From assembly GCA_009859145.1 (NCBI GenBank), contig VRVR01000002.1:1-64000 (forward strand): a stretch of DNA of 64,000 nucleotides, written 5' to 3'. Position numbers and translations under genes: made by a program. The stretch is from Andalucia godoyi And28. Lineage: Eukaryota; Protista; Jakobida. The notes beneath the pieces are model-generated. The model was not told the origin of the DNA. It worked only from the letters and a program-made list of their open reading frames with translations, and did no database searches. Below, one piece after another: positions 39,498-51,174 of this stretch. Numbering within the stretch: position 1 is the first letter of the stretch; every line of letters begins with the position of its first letter.

Positions 39498-40595
39498 ATG
39501 AAGCGGTTGTTTACGACTCTTTCGAAGAAACACGTGCTAGTGTTTGAGGATTTGGTACGCCTGCACAAGCCAGCGAACATCCGGGTTTTGTCTGGCATTC
39601 AGCCGACAGGTACGTTTCATCTCGGAAACTATCTTGGGGCATTGCGCACGTGGAAGCAGCTTGTTGAGTATGTGAATCCTGCGAATTCGCCGGAACCGAT
39701 CACGCGAAGCCGCCTTTTGTTTTCGATTGTGGACATGCATTCGATTACGGTGAGACAAGATCCGGATATGCTGCGTGCGTCCGTTCTGGAATCTGCGGCA
39801 GCGATGATTGCTTGTGGGGTGGATCCGTCGAGATCGGTGTTGTTCCAGCAGTCTGCGGTAAGTGGGCATGCGGAGTTGGCATGGATTTTGAGCTGCTCGA
39901 CGCCGCTGGGATGGCTTCGGCAAATGCACCAATTCAAGTCCAAGAGCGAAGCGCAAAAGGAGGGCACATCACTGGGACTGCTGAGCTATCCGGTGCTCAT
40001 GGCGGCGGATGTGCTGTTGTATCGATCGACACACGTGCCTGTTGGAGAAGACCAGCTGCAGCACTTGGAGCTCACGAGAGACATTGCCAACCATTTTCAC
40101 TCCTTGACAACCCAGCAGTCTGTGTTTCAAATCCCCACCATCGTGTACTCGGAGGCCACTCGTGTCATGTCCCTGCGAGATGCCGCTGTCAAAATGTCAA
40201 AGTCGGATCCGCTAGAGGCATCTCGGATCTTGCTAACGGACTCCGTGGACGTCATCGACCAGAAGATCCGAAAAGCTAAAACGGACTCGATTCCGGGAAT
40301 CTCTGCAGATCCGGCAAGAGCGGAGGTCATGAATCTGCTGACCATGTATGCGGCACTGTCGAATGAATCGATCGCGTCCGTTGCCAAGCAGTTTGCCGAT
40401 TCAGGGCACGCAGCCTTCAAGAGGTCTCTAGCCGAGGTGATTCAAGCAACCGTCGTTCCCATCGGAAACGAAATCAGCCGCTTGAAGAAAGACGAAGAAT
40501 ACTTAAGACAGGTGATGGAGCTCGGTGCCGAGGAAGCTCGCACGATCGCCCATCAAACGCTGCTAGATGCGAAAAGAGCGGTGGGTCTACTATAA
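39498..40595 (+). CDS. WARS2: Mitochondrial tryptophanyl-tRNA synthetase
   Basis: SGIQPTGTFHLGNYLG (HIGH), YPVLMAADVLLY, VPVGEDQLQHLE, KMSKS; short presequence. Confidence 0.95.
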   Translation: MKRLFTTLSKKHVLVFEDLVRLHKPANIRVLSGIQPTGTFHLGNYLGALRTWKQLVEYVNPANSPEPITRSRLLFSIVDMHSITVRQDPDMLRASVLESAAAMIACGVDPSRSVLFQQSAVSGHAELAWILSCSTPLGWLRQMHQFKSKSEAQKEGTSLGLLSYPVLMAADVLLYRSTHVPVGEDQLQHLELTRDIANHFHSLTTQQSVFQIPTIVYSEATRVMSLRDAAVKMSKSDPLEASRILLTDSVDVIDQKIRKAKTDSIPGISADPARAEVMNLLTMYAALSNESIASVAKQFADSGHAAFKRSLAEVIQATVVPIGNEISRLKKDEEYLRQVMELGAEEARTIAHQTLLDAKRAVGLL

Positions 40596-40738
40596 CATGG
40601 ATGTTTCGAACGTCCCTTGTCGGGAAACCCAGCGGAATGTACAAGCCCGGCAAAACCCAAACCACATTTTTAGAAACATGTATGTGAACTTGCTATTACT
40701 ATTAATAATACTGCATAGTGGAAAACACATTCAGCCAT

Positions 40739-41911
40739 TTATTGGAGCTTGGAGAGAGCAGACGGTCCCTTTTCCTCCCATTCTTTCTTGGATACCCACA
40801 TGTCAGCTCTGTTCTCGATGATTTGTGCAAACACCGCACCGCCAAGGAAGACCATATGCTTGCGGCGCGGCGGATCTTCGATGTTGAGCTTGAACTTGGA
40901 CAGGCGATCCTTGTCGCCCTGCAGAACCTTCTTGAGGTACAATTCCTTAATGTCCTTCTCGAGACGCGACGGAAGACCAGGGTACATCGTGGTACCTCCC
41001 GAGAGCACGATATGCTTGTAAAACTCTGTTCTGAGATCCATGTCGGCCGACTGGATCGTGTTGAAGATCAGTTCAGAGATACCATCTCCCTCCTTATCCA
41101 CCCGTGATGGCTGGAAGAGCGCCTCCGGTGCCTCAAAGCGCTCTGAATCAATCTTGATAACTCGTCCGTCCGGCAATTCGTATTTTTGACAGAGCGTCGT
41201 TGTCTCGAGTGCCAGCTTCTTTTCAAAAGACAAGTCGTATCCAACATAGCAGAACTTCTCTTTGATTTCGCGAACCGTCTCGAAATCTGCAGTTCGGTTG
41301 AATGCGTAGCCCTTGAACTGAAGCAGCTTGATCAGGTATGTCGTGATGTCGCGCCCTGCAAGATCCATACGCTTGATGAGAGACGGAATAACGTATCCTT
41401 CATAAACCGGCACAATGTGGGTTACACCATCGCCAGAGTCCACTACCACTCCGTTCATGAGGCCCTGTGCGTACAAAATAAGCACCGCCTGAATTGCCAC
41501 ATTCATTGCCTCAAAACCAAACTTCTCAAACATGTACTCTGCCATGAGCTCTCTGTTCTTTTTCGGGTTCATGGGCGGCTCCGTCAGCAAAATCTTGGAC
41601 GACTTGCAGTCCACTCCAAGCTTCTGGTCGAACGTGTATCTCCACAAAATCTCCATATCATCCCAGTTGCGGACGATTCCGTTTGACAGCGGATAGGACA
41701 GCTGCAGCTGTGCACGGTTCGCAGATGCTTCCTCACCCACCATCACATCCTTGATCTTTGTTCCGCCCACCGACTCTTCCGACCGGAGCATCGGACGACC
41801 CACCAGCGCAGGGAAAACAGCAGTCGGAAAGTTATCGCCTGCAAATCCGCACTTCACAAAACCAGTGCCATTGTCGCAAACAACAGTACAATGATCCTTC
41901 AGTCGACTCAT
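40739..41911 (-). CDS. ARP2: Actin-related protein 2
   Basis: [50 protein letters not shown]; ATG at 41911. Confidence 0.97.
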   Translation of the reverse strand: MSRLKDHCTVVCDNGTGFVKCGFAGDNFPTAVFPALVGRPMLRSEESVGGTKIKDVMVGEEASANRAQLQLSYPLSNGIVRNWDDMEILWRYTFDQKLGVDCKSSKILLTEPPMNPKKNRELMAEYMFEKFGFEAMNVAIQAVLILYAQGLMNGVVVDSGDGVTHIVPVYEGYVIPSLIKRMDLAGRDITTYLIKLLQFKGYAFNRTADFETVREIKEKFCYVGYDLSFEKKLALETTTLCQKYELPDGRVIKIDSERFEAPEALFQPSRVDKEGDGISELIFNTIQSADMDLRTEFYKHIVLSGGTTMYPGLPSRLEKDIKELYLKKVLQGDKDRLSKFKLNIEDPPRRKHMVFLGGAVFAQIIENRADMWVSKKEWEEKGPSALSKLQ

Positions 41912-42935
41912 GGTTTGAGGATGATTCAAACTTTTTTCCCTCAGCAATGCAACAGCCGTACCCAGAGAACCAAGAGAAAGCAGAAGAAGAAAAAGAAGAA
42001 ATCAAGAGAAGAAACAGAGAAACAAAAAGGAAGAACTGAGATGAATCAATGAAATGAACGAGTGGGAATGCAAGTCTTTTTTGGAGAAATGCGGACTTTT
42101 TAACTATGCACCAAAGGGAAAAAACAGGGAAAGCCCCGAGTTTCCCAACCTCAGCGTCATGGACTCCCTTTGTTGACACGGAGGAGGGGATTCGACGGAT
42201 GTCTTTTGTTTGTAGCTTCAATTGAGGATGGTCTGGCAATTACGACAGGGAACATGCTCTTCTGTGTTTTTGGACGCACCCATTTCAATCAGCATATAGA
42301 ATCCGGGAAACGCTCACGAAATGTAATGTGTACATAGTTCAAACTCGTAAGACCAACTCGTCAAAAAAAAAAAATTAAAAAACTGGAGAGTGTGTGTGCG
42401 TGTGTGCGTGTGTGTGTGTGTAGACAATCGAAGAATTGTGTTTATTCAAATAAAACAAAAAAGAAAAAAAACAGGTTTACTGGGGAAGGGAGGAAACTGT
42501 ATCACTGTGCACTGTTCATCGTGTCATCTTCACCATCATCACCTGGAAACAGTTTGGCCATCCTTGACGTAGTCAACTTCCTCAGTGGAAAGATCTTCCG
42601 GGAAGTGCCCTTGCCACCTGGCATGCACAACCCATCGCAACCCATCGACATGAAGAAGAACCTGACTCTGCAGGAATAATCTCAATAGGGGGTGTCTTCA
42701 GAAGCAATCGTCATCTGATATGCAGTGTGCCTGTAACCTCGGGGACGTGCTTTCCTTTAACGGCCGGATCTAAAAGACTGCATCATTGGAAGAAGCACCA
42801 GCAGGAGGGACAGAAGCAGAAGTAGGGAACGGGTGCAGGAGACGGGATTGAGAAAAGGAAGTCGTAAAGAAAAATAGAAAACGGATTGACAGAAGAAATC
42901 TCAGACTCTCTGAATTCAAGTTTATGGAAGCGCCC

Positions 42936-44627
42936 TTACTGGAGCAGGACTACTTCACCCGATATGCGTCCGACGATGATGTTGGTGGCGGAATCGCCAC
43001 CGAATGCAACGGATGAGATGTAGTCGAGCTCGTTAGCGCAGACGGACGGCAGCGTCCACTGCGCAAGGTCTGCCAGTCCCTTGCCTGCAGACACAATCTT
43101 GACAGTGCTTGCCGATCCAAACGCCATGACGGAACCGGACGCATCAAAGTTCACCGCGACCGTTGTGGCGGTTTGCAGGTCCCATTCTTTGACCATCTTC
43201 AGCTTTCTCAAATCCCAGAGTTGCGCGTACCCATCCGAAGTGCCGACGGCAAGGTAGTATCCGTTTTCTGAAAACCGCAGCGACGCAACACTCGATCTTT
43301 GCGTATCAAAGAACGCTGGCACAGACGATGCCTTGATGTCCCAGATCCGGACAGCATTTCCAAGTCCACAAGCAGCCAAGAGGCCATCGGGATGGAAGCC
43401 AAAGGCCGAGTACCCTACTTCGGCGCTCGAGACCACATCTACAAAACGAGCAACAGGCTTTCCGGATGCTGCGTCCATCAATGTCCACGACTTCTCGGAC
43501 CCGGCACACACGCCGTACCACGCACCGGAAGGATGCACATCGCACCGCATGTACGCAGCAAGTGCAGACTCGGCGTATGGATACTGTGCATGCGTGGACG
43601 TCCCTGTGAACGCAAGATCGCCATCGTGAGAGGTGTTCTTGAGTGCGAACTGAGAGATGGACCCATCCACCCCGGACACCGCGACAACAAATGACCCATT
43701 CAATGCGACGCCGGACACCACGCTGCGAGTCGACACAGTCTGTACTACGCTGCTGCAGTTTTTGCTGAGTAGCAACACCATCGATCCCTTTCCAGCAACA
43801 ACATACTCTGAAAACACGGCGCTGTTCGAAAACAGACAGATCTCTTGTGAAGCGCTTTGGGAAGCTGGCGTAAGACTCGGAGATCGAACCACCACGTGCG
43901 CAAACGATGCTACGGTGTAAACTGGAGCAGCCCCGCGGGCTTTTCGTTCTGCAGCAAGTGTTTTTCCGTGCGAAACCAGGGTTTCAATCTGATCTTCTCC
44001 CAACGAAGGCACATGCATTCCGACAACAAGCGCGCTTCCATTCCCATTTCCATTTCCAGACTCGGCACGGGCGTTGGAGTTTGCAGCTGTATGTTCTGCC
44101 GCCGGCTGCGAATCGACATCCGTCATCTGCTCCACAGATGCGGATTCCTGCGAATTGGGATTCGAAATGAGTCTCGCAATGACCCTGCAAGCTGCATCGT
44201 GTTGATACAATGCATGTGCGAGTTCCTGTCGAGTCATTTCGAGGGTCTGGCGCAGTGCAAAGGACTCGATTGCGAGAGAGTCCCACTCGGACTGTAGCAA
44301 TTGCAAAAGCGATGGCACGCTAGTTTGCTGTGCTGCTGGATGGTTCGGCGATCTTGCTGCGATAAAATTGGCATTCGTAGTCGATGCAGAAGAACCTGTA
44401 GAAGAAGCAAAAGTAGTGAATGAGGATGTCAAACCGGATGATGCAGGGAGTCGAATCGGCGCTGTCGCGATAGGCAGCAAGTCATCAAGCGTCAGCGGCG
44501 TCGACGTAATGGGACACTTTCCATGCTCAGCGATGTACTTTTCAATCAGCCGACGCTCAAACAAATGTCCAGTCTTTTTCGATACGACTGGCTCCTGCGG
44601 AATCTGTCCACAAAGCGCGCAGTACAT
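42936..44627 (-). CDS. PRP19: Pre-mRNA-processing factor 19 (U-box, coiled coil, WD40)
   Basis: MYCALCGQIPQEPVVS..GHLFERRLIEKYI U-box; SVPSLLQLLQSEWD...TRQELAHALYQHDAACRVIARL; WD40 repeats. Confidence 0.96.
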   Translation of the reverse strand: MYCALCGQIPQEPVVSKKTGHLFERRLIEKYIAEHGKCPITSTPLTLDDLLPIATAPIRLPASSGLTSSFTTFASSTGSSASTTNANFIAARSPNHPAAQQTSVPSLLQLLQSEWDSLAIESFALRQTLEMTRQELAHALYQHDAACRVIARLISNPNSQESASVEQMTDVDSQPAAEHTAANSNARAESGNGNGNGSALVVGMHVPSLGEDQIETLVSHGKTLAAERKARGAAPVYTVASFAHVVVRSPSLTPASQSASQEICLFSNSAVFSEYVVAGKGSMVLLLSKNCSSVVQTVSTRSVVSGVALNGSFVVAVSGVDGSISQFALKNTSHDGDLAFTGTSTHAQYPYAESALAAYMRCDVHPSGAWYGVCAGSEKSWTLMDAASGKPVARFVDVVSSAEVGYSAFGFHPDGLLAACGLGNAVRIWDIKASSVPAFFDTQRSSVASLRFSENGYYLAVGTSDGYAQLWDLRKLKMVKEWDLQTATTVAVNFDASGSVMAFGSASTVKIVSAGKGLADLAQWTLPSVCANELDYISSVAFGGDSATNIIVGRISGEVVLLQ

Positions 44628-44629
44628 GC

Positions 44630-44760
<131 letters not shown>

Positions 44761-45134
44761 CTTTGGTGTTTTTTGCGCCAAAAATCCCGTTTTCTCTTTT
44801 CCCTCTTTTTTTTTCCTTTTCCCTTTTCCTTTACTTTGACAGTGCGGCTGTTGATGCTGCAGTTGATACAAGAACTCGATCCAATGCGAGAAACTTGAAT
44901 GACCTTTTCCAATGCTGTTGTTGTTCAAGTCTTTTTTCTTTTTTGTTTTTGCGTTTCTGTCTTATCGTTTCTTCAATATCTCGTTTTGCTATTAATTTTT
45001 TTTTTGGTTTTGGTTGTTTTGTTTTTTCTTACTTGAAATATTTTTATTGACTTGTATAATCTCTCACAGTTTCGTTCAGACGCTCTTCGGTTAGGTTTTT
45101 TATTTTTATTCTTATATTAAAACACAACTCGGAA

Positions 45135-45902
45135 ATGTCATCGATTGGAACGGGGTATGATTACTCCGCAACGACCTATTCGCCCGACGGTCGCATCTAC
45201 CAGATTGAGTATGCCGAGAAGGCCGTCGAAAACTCGGGGACCTCTGTGGGTCTGTCGTATTCGACTGGCGTTGTGATTGGAATTCAGAAGCTTCTTTTGT
45301 CCAAAATGCTCGAGCCTGGCTCGAATCGCAGGCTCCAAGTTGTGGATCGCAATGTCGGAATTGTCGGCTCTGGGCTTGCTCCGGATGCTCGCCAGCTTGC
45401 GAACCGTGTTCGCGCAGAAGCTAGCAACTTCAAGCGGACTTTTGGCATTGATATCCCTGCAAAAACGCTCGCCGACCGCGTTGCAAGTTTTGTGCATGTG
45501 TACACGCTGTATTCATCCGTGCGGCCGTTTGGTGTGTCGACGATCATGGCTGCTGTCGACCGCAATGGACCGCAACTGTTTCTTGTGGAACCCTCGGGTG
45601 CCTGTGCTGCATACCGCGGCTGTGCAGTTGGGAAAGGCAGACAGACGGCAAAGAACGAACTTGAAAAAATCACAAAAAAGGAGGGGATGGGCATGCAAGA
45701 GGCTCTCGAGGCTGTCGCGCGCATCTTGATCAAGTGCCAGGACGACACAAAGGACAAGGACGTCGAGTTTGAACTCGGATTCGTCGACACTGCGGGAAAG
45801 GGATTCGAGATCTTGTCGGACGAAAGAACAAGAACGATTTTCGAGGCGGTCCGAGCTAGAATCCAAGCGGAGGAGGACGACGACGATGACGACGATGACT
45901 AA
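45135..45902 (+). CDS. PSMA3: 20S proteasome subunit alpha type-3 (alpha7)
   Basis: MSSIGTGYD...YSPDGRIYQIEYAEKAVENSGT, YTLYSSVRPFG, acidic tail. Confidence 0.97.
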   Translation: MSSIGTGYDYSATTYSPDGRIYQIEYAEKAVENSGTSVGLSYSTGVVIGIQKLLLSKMLEPGSNRRLQVVDRNVGIVGSGLAPDARQLANRVRAEASNFKRTFGIDIPAKTLADRVASFVHVYTLYSSVRPFGVSTIMAAVDRNGPQLFLVEPSGACAAYRGCAVGKGRQTAKNELEKITKKEGMGMQEALEAVARILIKCQDDTKDKDVEFELGFVDTAGKGFEILSDERTRTIFEAVRARIQAEEDDDDDDDD

Positions 45903-46224
45903 GAAGGGAAGAAAAGACGAAGCCCCACGAGACGCACAATGCTGTATCATGCATATAATTAAAGCGACACAAGAAGAATAATGGAGAAATGCAGAGAGAC
46001 TGGCCCTGGAGCAACATCGGTGCTTCATGACGACGACGGAGATCCAAAGCGTCCACAGTCCAGAGTCTGGCGTCTGGCATTCGGCGTCTGGCATTCGGCG
46101 TCTGGCGTTCGGCGTCTGGGTTCTGAGTTTCCTGGATGATTATGATTTAATGATAGGAGATACAGACATCAAGGTGGCAGGGCGCAGAAAAAGAAAGAAA
46201 CTGGATATGTAAATGCAAAAGAAA

Positions 46225-46911
46225 CTAACCAAGTGCGTTGACAGGAACGATAAGCAAGTCGTCGGCGACGAGTTTGAACGTCTGTGCAAACGCGGTGAAC
46301 TTTGCACAGAGCCCTGTTTCGGCCTCGAGCTCCTCAAATGTCTCTCTGTGGTGGTAATACGCGTGTGCAAAGAGACGATACAGTCTTCGAGCAAGCGAGG
46401 AGTACTGCTTGACGGATGCTTTTGGGATGCTTACTCGCGACGGGAAGTTGCGGCTGGACGAAAGAAACGACACGATGGAGTCCAATGTGTGAATCATATA
46501 AGCAGGTGCAGAGCACTCTGAGTTTCCCTTGTGTGCTGCACACAGAAAAACCCATTCATCTGTGGCCTTCATCACCGGGCATGAATTGGCGGTGCAGTGC
46601 GGTGCAAGCCTGGCAAGATACACGTTAAGTTGGCTGCAGAAGAACCGGAACAAGTCGTAGATCCACAGATTCTGGTCTTCGCCTTCCGGAAGCGAGACAA
46701 ACGACGCCGCAGCCTCAAGACTCGTTGCAAACATTGCGGCTCGCGAAGGACTGTGGGCATGCGATTCAAGTCGTTCGTACAGTGCAAACATGGTCGAAGG
46801 ACATCCTGGGGAAGCCACAAGCTGTGTGTGGCGATACATGTCCGAGCGATGCGTGCCAGGACGCAGTCGGCGACGATCCGAAGCGGGAACAGTAGATACT
46901 GCAGCGGTCAT
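46225..46911 (-). CDS. MOB4: MOB4/phocein-like protein
   Basis: RPGT N-terminal motif, PEGEDQNLW, CPVMKATDEWVFLCAAHK, FPSRVSI, RRLYRLFAHAYYHH. Confidence 0.92.
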   Translation of the reverse strand: MTAAVSTVPASDRRRLRPGTHRSDMYRHTQLVASPGCPSTMFALYERLESHAHSPSRAAMFATSLEAAASFVSLPEGEDQNLWIYDLFRFFCSQLNVYLARLAPHCTANSCPVMKATDEWVFLCAAHKGNSECSAPAYMIHTLDSIVSFLSSSRNFPSRVSIPKASVKQYSSLARRLYRLFAHAYYHHRETFEELEAETGLCAKFTAFAQTFKLVADDLLIVPVNALG

Positions 46912-47423
46912 TATTTTTGATGTCGTCTACTTTGCACCACAACTAAATACGCTAATGAAAACGACAATTTTTTTTGTTTTTCTTTTGTTAACTCGTCACA
47001 GCCACACGATCAGTCAAAACGTTGCTGGAGCCTGCAAGCTACTGCTGCATTAGAGCAAATGCAGTAGGAATGCAAATCACAGAAACGTGACAACTCCCTC
47101 ATTGCAGAGGCTTGATGCTAAACAAAAAAAAGGTCATCAACAGTTGTTTCTTTTACAGCAGGAAAAAGACGGCAAACATTTTGAGCGAGGAGGCGTCGGA
47201 TTCCGGTGTTGTCACCGTTTCTTCTGTGATGCAATAACGGTAATTCGCGACCGTTGCTGACTGCAGTCATGAGACTGGTTATTTTGACGACCATGCACTC
47301 ATACTGAGAAAAAGTTACTGCTTTATGTTTGTTCCTGGACGCTGCATGGCACCGTAAGCATCTAACGAACTAAATGAGAGCGGGCACCGCAGGCCGCCAG
47401 CGACTGCGCAACACGGAACACGG

Positions 47424-50135
47424 CTATGAAATGTAGCGATAAGAGTTGTCGTCGACGCGCTCAATATAGTCGCGTTCAAGCAGGACTCCAATGTTTTCCT
47501 TGATGTCATGGAGCTGGGGGACAAAGCGCGACTGGAGGAGCGACAGGACTTCGGAGACCAGCTCGGAGTGGGTGCACTTGCGGCGAGTCTTCATGACGCG
47601 AACAATGGATGCTTGGATTAGCGCCTTTCGATCCTCCGCAATGGACTCAAACGTGTGTGCGATCTCCTTGTGCGATTCGCGAAGAGCATACTGATGGATC
47701 TGCAGACGGCGTTTAGAACTTCGAAAAAACATGTTCACTCCATAGGCACAGAGCTGCTCCAGCGACTCGCTGTTCGCATTGTGGTGCGACTGGTTGCTTG
47801 GCAATTTTCCGTCATCGTTTCCATCGTCGTCGCGGCTGCCTTGCAGTCCCTCAAGATCCGATCTCTTGGCCACGATGCCTGCACGAATCAGCGTTTTCAT
47901 GTGCATTCTCGCAACAGCGTCGTCCACACCAAGAATGCGGCTCATTTCCGCGACCGTCAGCCAATTGTGCTTGTTGAACAAGATGAGGATGGACATTTGA
48001 AACGTCGTGACTTGGAATTCATAGTGCGGGAAAGAGTGATGTCCGAGCAAGGGAAACATGGTGCGCATCACGCCATTGGAAGTGTGGTGCAGCCACGTCA
48101 GCTTGCGACCCGAGTGCTGCGCTCTGTAAAACACGTCGAACGCCAGAATGAAATTCGCAAGCTCGGTTGGAGCAAGGAAGCCAGGCACGGTGCTGTTGAG
48201 TTGCCACGCACCGGCTGTGAGCACCATGGCCTTGAAGTCGAAATCGTACAGACTGCGCAATCGCAGCCCCTCGTCGACGGAGCAAAACATTCTGCTGAGA
48301 TCGTCGGAGACACGAACGTCTTGGAACATGCGAGACAGTTTGTGAATGTACTCAAATCGGCTTTCCGGTTTCAGCTTCGCAATCATCAGCTCCTCGTAAT
48401 CAAGCTCCACAAGGCCCTGGATGAGTCGGCGTCCAAGGTACTCTTGAAAAAAAGCATCAAACACATCGCGCTGCGGTAGCAGTCGATACAGAGCTACAAT
48501 GCACGAGATGTTGTCTTCAATCTCAGATTCCGGAAGAGAGCGCATTTCGCGATGGCTGCGACGAAGTAGATGGTCAGAAAACCTGGCAAGAACAATCGGC
48601 ACTTGCGCAAAAGTTGCGCCAAGAACCTGTGTCATGCCGGTCTCCACGGAGCTTTCAAATCCAACATCACCCGCAAATGCCGCGCAAGCAAAATCGGCAA
48701 ACCGGTGGTACGTTTCATACAACGCCTTGACCACTGGGGTAGGATCTAATTTAAAATCCACGATGACATCCTGCCCTCCAATGTTCATCACAACCTTGGC
48801 GCCAGCAGTATGCTGCGGTTGACCTGCCAGCGACGTGGATCCTAATGATGCCGATGCAGATGCCGATGCAGACAGCAAATCAGGGGTCGACCCCTCATCG
48901 GAAAGCAGGGGCTTGCTCACGTCGCCGTCGATTGAGAAATTCCGACGACCTTTCCGACTCTCGGAAACCTCCGTACACACTCGCTGCAGCTTGGCCAGGC
49001 CAGTCTTCGCAACGTGATCTTCCACTAACTTGCGATAGTGGACAAGGAGAGTGTCGTCTGTGGCAAGTAGCAAGTTATACAATCTCCTGCTGCCTTGCAC
49101 GTCAAAGGAGTGCAAACAAACTTCGCACTCGTCCAGGAACTGCCTCATCCGAGAGCCAAGAACCGCGTCTGCAAGCGCTTTCAACAGCGGTCGCTCGGAG
49201 CACGCATGCAGATACCGGGAAACAAACTTTTGGTCAACCAAAATTCGGTCTTGCAATGCAGAGAGCAAGTCTCTCATGGAGTGTTCGACAAGAAACGAGC
49301 GCGCAAATGAATCGCTTTGCTTTTGAATGGAATCAATCAACACCGATTCCAGCATCGACTGATACAGCGACAGCGGCTTCGAGGATTCCGCGTAGATCGT
49401 CAGCAATGAACTCACATACATTGCGATTGCTGTAAAGGGGGCTTCTGCACTCTCACTGGACTCTGCAAGATCAGCTCTCGAAGATGTCGATGAATGCGTG
49501 TACCTTGTTTCGTACAAGTCGACAACCGCTTCGTTCAGCAGAGGAGTCAAGTGATCCAGAATCGCGTGTCTCCAGACCGTCAGGCACATTGTTTTAATTT
49601 TTGAAACGCGCACAATGGAAGCCGCGTTTTCCCCGAACTTTCCTTCTCGCAGCAGCTGCTTTGTTCTTCGAATCCAGTCCTTTTCCAAGTAAAACAGCAG
49701 GACAGAAAGAGTGGTTGCGGCTACCGAGAAGCTCATCCACGCTTTCGAGTACTCTATCAGCATGGCCTGTGGGCCGGCATCTCTGTATACACCAGTCAGA
49801 ACCTCACGAACATGCAGCCGAAGATGCTCATTCACAAGACTTTCCGTGTTGAAGTACAGGAAGGCAGGTTGGGGATCGCGTTCAATCAGTAAAACATGCG
49901 GTGCGGAAAGCTGATCGGTCCCAAAAGCCGCAGCAGGCCCAGGCACGTTCGCACAGTTCCACGTACAGAACCGATAGACACGCGACATGATCGGCTCCCA
50001 ATCCGAGGGAGTCTGGTATCGAAGAGGATCAAAAAGAATGTTTCGAATCGATCTGCTCAAGAACTCCCACGACTCTCGATAATCAATCGGCTGAAGTGCC
50101 TTGAGCGTTACTCCATGATGCGTAGCAAGCGGCAT
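47424..50135 (-). CDS. Cullin (CUL1/CUL2-like)
   Basis: Cullin repeats, cullin-homology domain (RKLTWLHHTSNG), neddylation motif IVRVMKTRR and C-terminal winged helix; ATG at 50135. Confidence 0.92.
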   Translation of the reverse strand: MPLATHHGVTLKALQPIDYRESWEFLSRSIRNILFDPLRYQTPSDWEPIMSRVYRFCTWNCANVPGPAAAFGTDQLSAPHVLLIERDPQPAFLYFNTESLVNEHLRLHVREVLTGVYRDAGPQAMLIEYSKAWMSFSVAATTLSVLLFYLEKDWIRRTKQLLREGKFGENAASIVRVSKIKTMCLTVWRHAILDHLTPLLNEAVVDLYETRYTHSSTSSRADLAESSESAEAPFTAIAMYVSSLLTIYAESSKPLSLYQSMLESVLIDSIQKQSDSFARSFLVEHSMRDLLSALQDRILVDQKFVSRYLHACSERPLLKALADAVLGSRMRQFLDECEVCLHSFDVQGSRRLYNLLLATDDTLLVHYRKLVEDHVAKTGLAKLQRVCTEVSESRKGRRNFSIDGDVSKPLLSDEGSTPDLLSASASASASLGSTSLAGQPQHTAGAKVVMNIGGQDVIVDFKLDPTPVVKALYETYHRFADFACAAFAGDVGFESSVETGMTQVLGATFAQVPIVLARFSDHLLRRSHREMRSLPESEIEDNISCIVALYRLLPQRDVFDAFFQEYLGRRLIQGLVELDYEELMIAKLKPESRFEYIHKLSRMFQDVRVSDDLSRMFCSVDEGLRLRSLYDFDFKAMVLTAGAWQLNSTVPGFLAPTELANFILAFDVFYRAQHSGRKLTWLHHTSNGVMRTMFPLLGHHSFPHYEFQVTTFQMSILILFNKHNWLTVAEMSRILGVDDAVARMHMKTLIRAGIVAKRSDLEGLQGSRDDDGNDDGKLPSNQSHHNANSESLEQLCAYGVNMFFRSSKRRLQIHQYALRESHKEIAHTFESIAEDRKALIQASIVRVMKTRRKCTHSELVSEVLSLLQSRFVPQLHDIKENIGVLLERDYIERVDDNSYRYIS

Positions 50136-50338
50136 TCTTCTCGGCGCCGCCTTAACCCTCCCAAGAAAAAAAAAAAAAATACAATAAAATAAATACAGAA
50201 ACATCTGTTAAACAAAACTTTCAGGAGTCACATGAACGCAAAACATGAAAGTCGGGGAATCGGGGAATTTCGGAGAAGAGATAAAAGATCCGGCAGCCAA
50301 AAGACTTTTGTACCATCAACGGAAGCCAGCAGCCGCAT

Positions 50339-50993
50339 GCCAAAAACTATGAATCATTATTGTTGATAATCGGCTAAGCTATCGCAGAAGACAGATCCAA
50401 AGTCACGTGTTTTTTTGATTTTTTATTTGGGGCGTGCACCAGCTCTTCAATGCAGTCAAAGGGTCATCGCAGCCAGCAAACTCCCAACCGACCCAGCATT
50501 CAAACGTTGGAGGAAACAGAATGTGGTCGGCGGCGCTGCACATCGCACCTGAGGACGCTTTTGCCTTTGCTCCTTCTTGTTCTCTGACTTGGAAAAAGCC
50601 CATTCCGAACGCACTCGATCACATCTTTTTGTGATTTGATCATCCGCAGCTTGCTCAGCAAGGTGCGACGAGAGGGGGGATCAACGGGTTTCTTGGTTCC
50701 CCGTGTCTTCAGGCATGGCCGGATCTGATCTTGTCGGGAAGTTCCCTCTCTGGAGCCATGCGATGTGTTTTGTCTTTGTCACTGATGAAAGATGCTGCTT
50801 GAGGGTTTTGATTATAAATATGAGAAACAAACAGAAAATAACAGAAAATAACAGAAAATAACAGAAAATAACAGAAAGGAGAAGAAATGAGTGCAGAATG
50901 AGAGAAATTCTGGACTTGACTACGGTAGGAGCATCGCGTCCCCCAATAGGGTTGGATAAGCAACTTCCGGTATGATGTTGTTTGATGTTCAAC
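50339..50993 (+). repeat. Family B dispersed element, copy B3 (long form)
   Basis: Nearly identical to B4 over ~550 bp. Carries an expanded AACAGAAAAT tandem and a ~45-nt extra segment flanked by CGGTA. Confidence 0.92.
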
Positions 50994-51174
50994 ATCGACA
51001 GACAAGGCTAGCAGCCGTTGCGAGGCACTCTCCCGCGCCACCCACCCTGGCAGGCGCCATTCCAGCAACGTTTTTGCGTGTATTATTCATTTATTTATTT
51101 AGTTTGTTTCCCTTTCTCCTCTTCTGAGAGAACGAAGGAAGGCATTGGGGACTTTTTGATTTCTATTGACGATC

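Noticed and set aside
47040-47070. Hairpin CTACTGC/GCAGTAG upstream of MOB4
   Set aside because: An isolated 7-bp stem with no family motif; not distinguishable from background.
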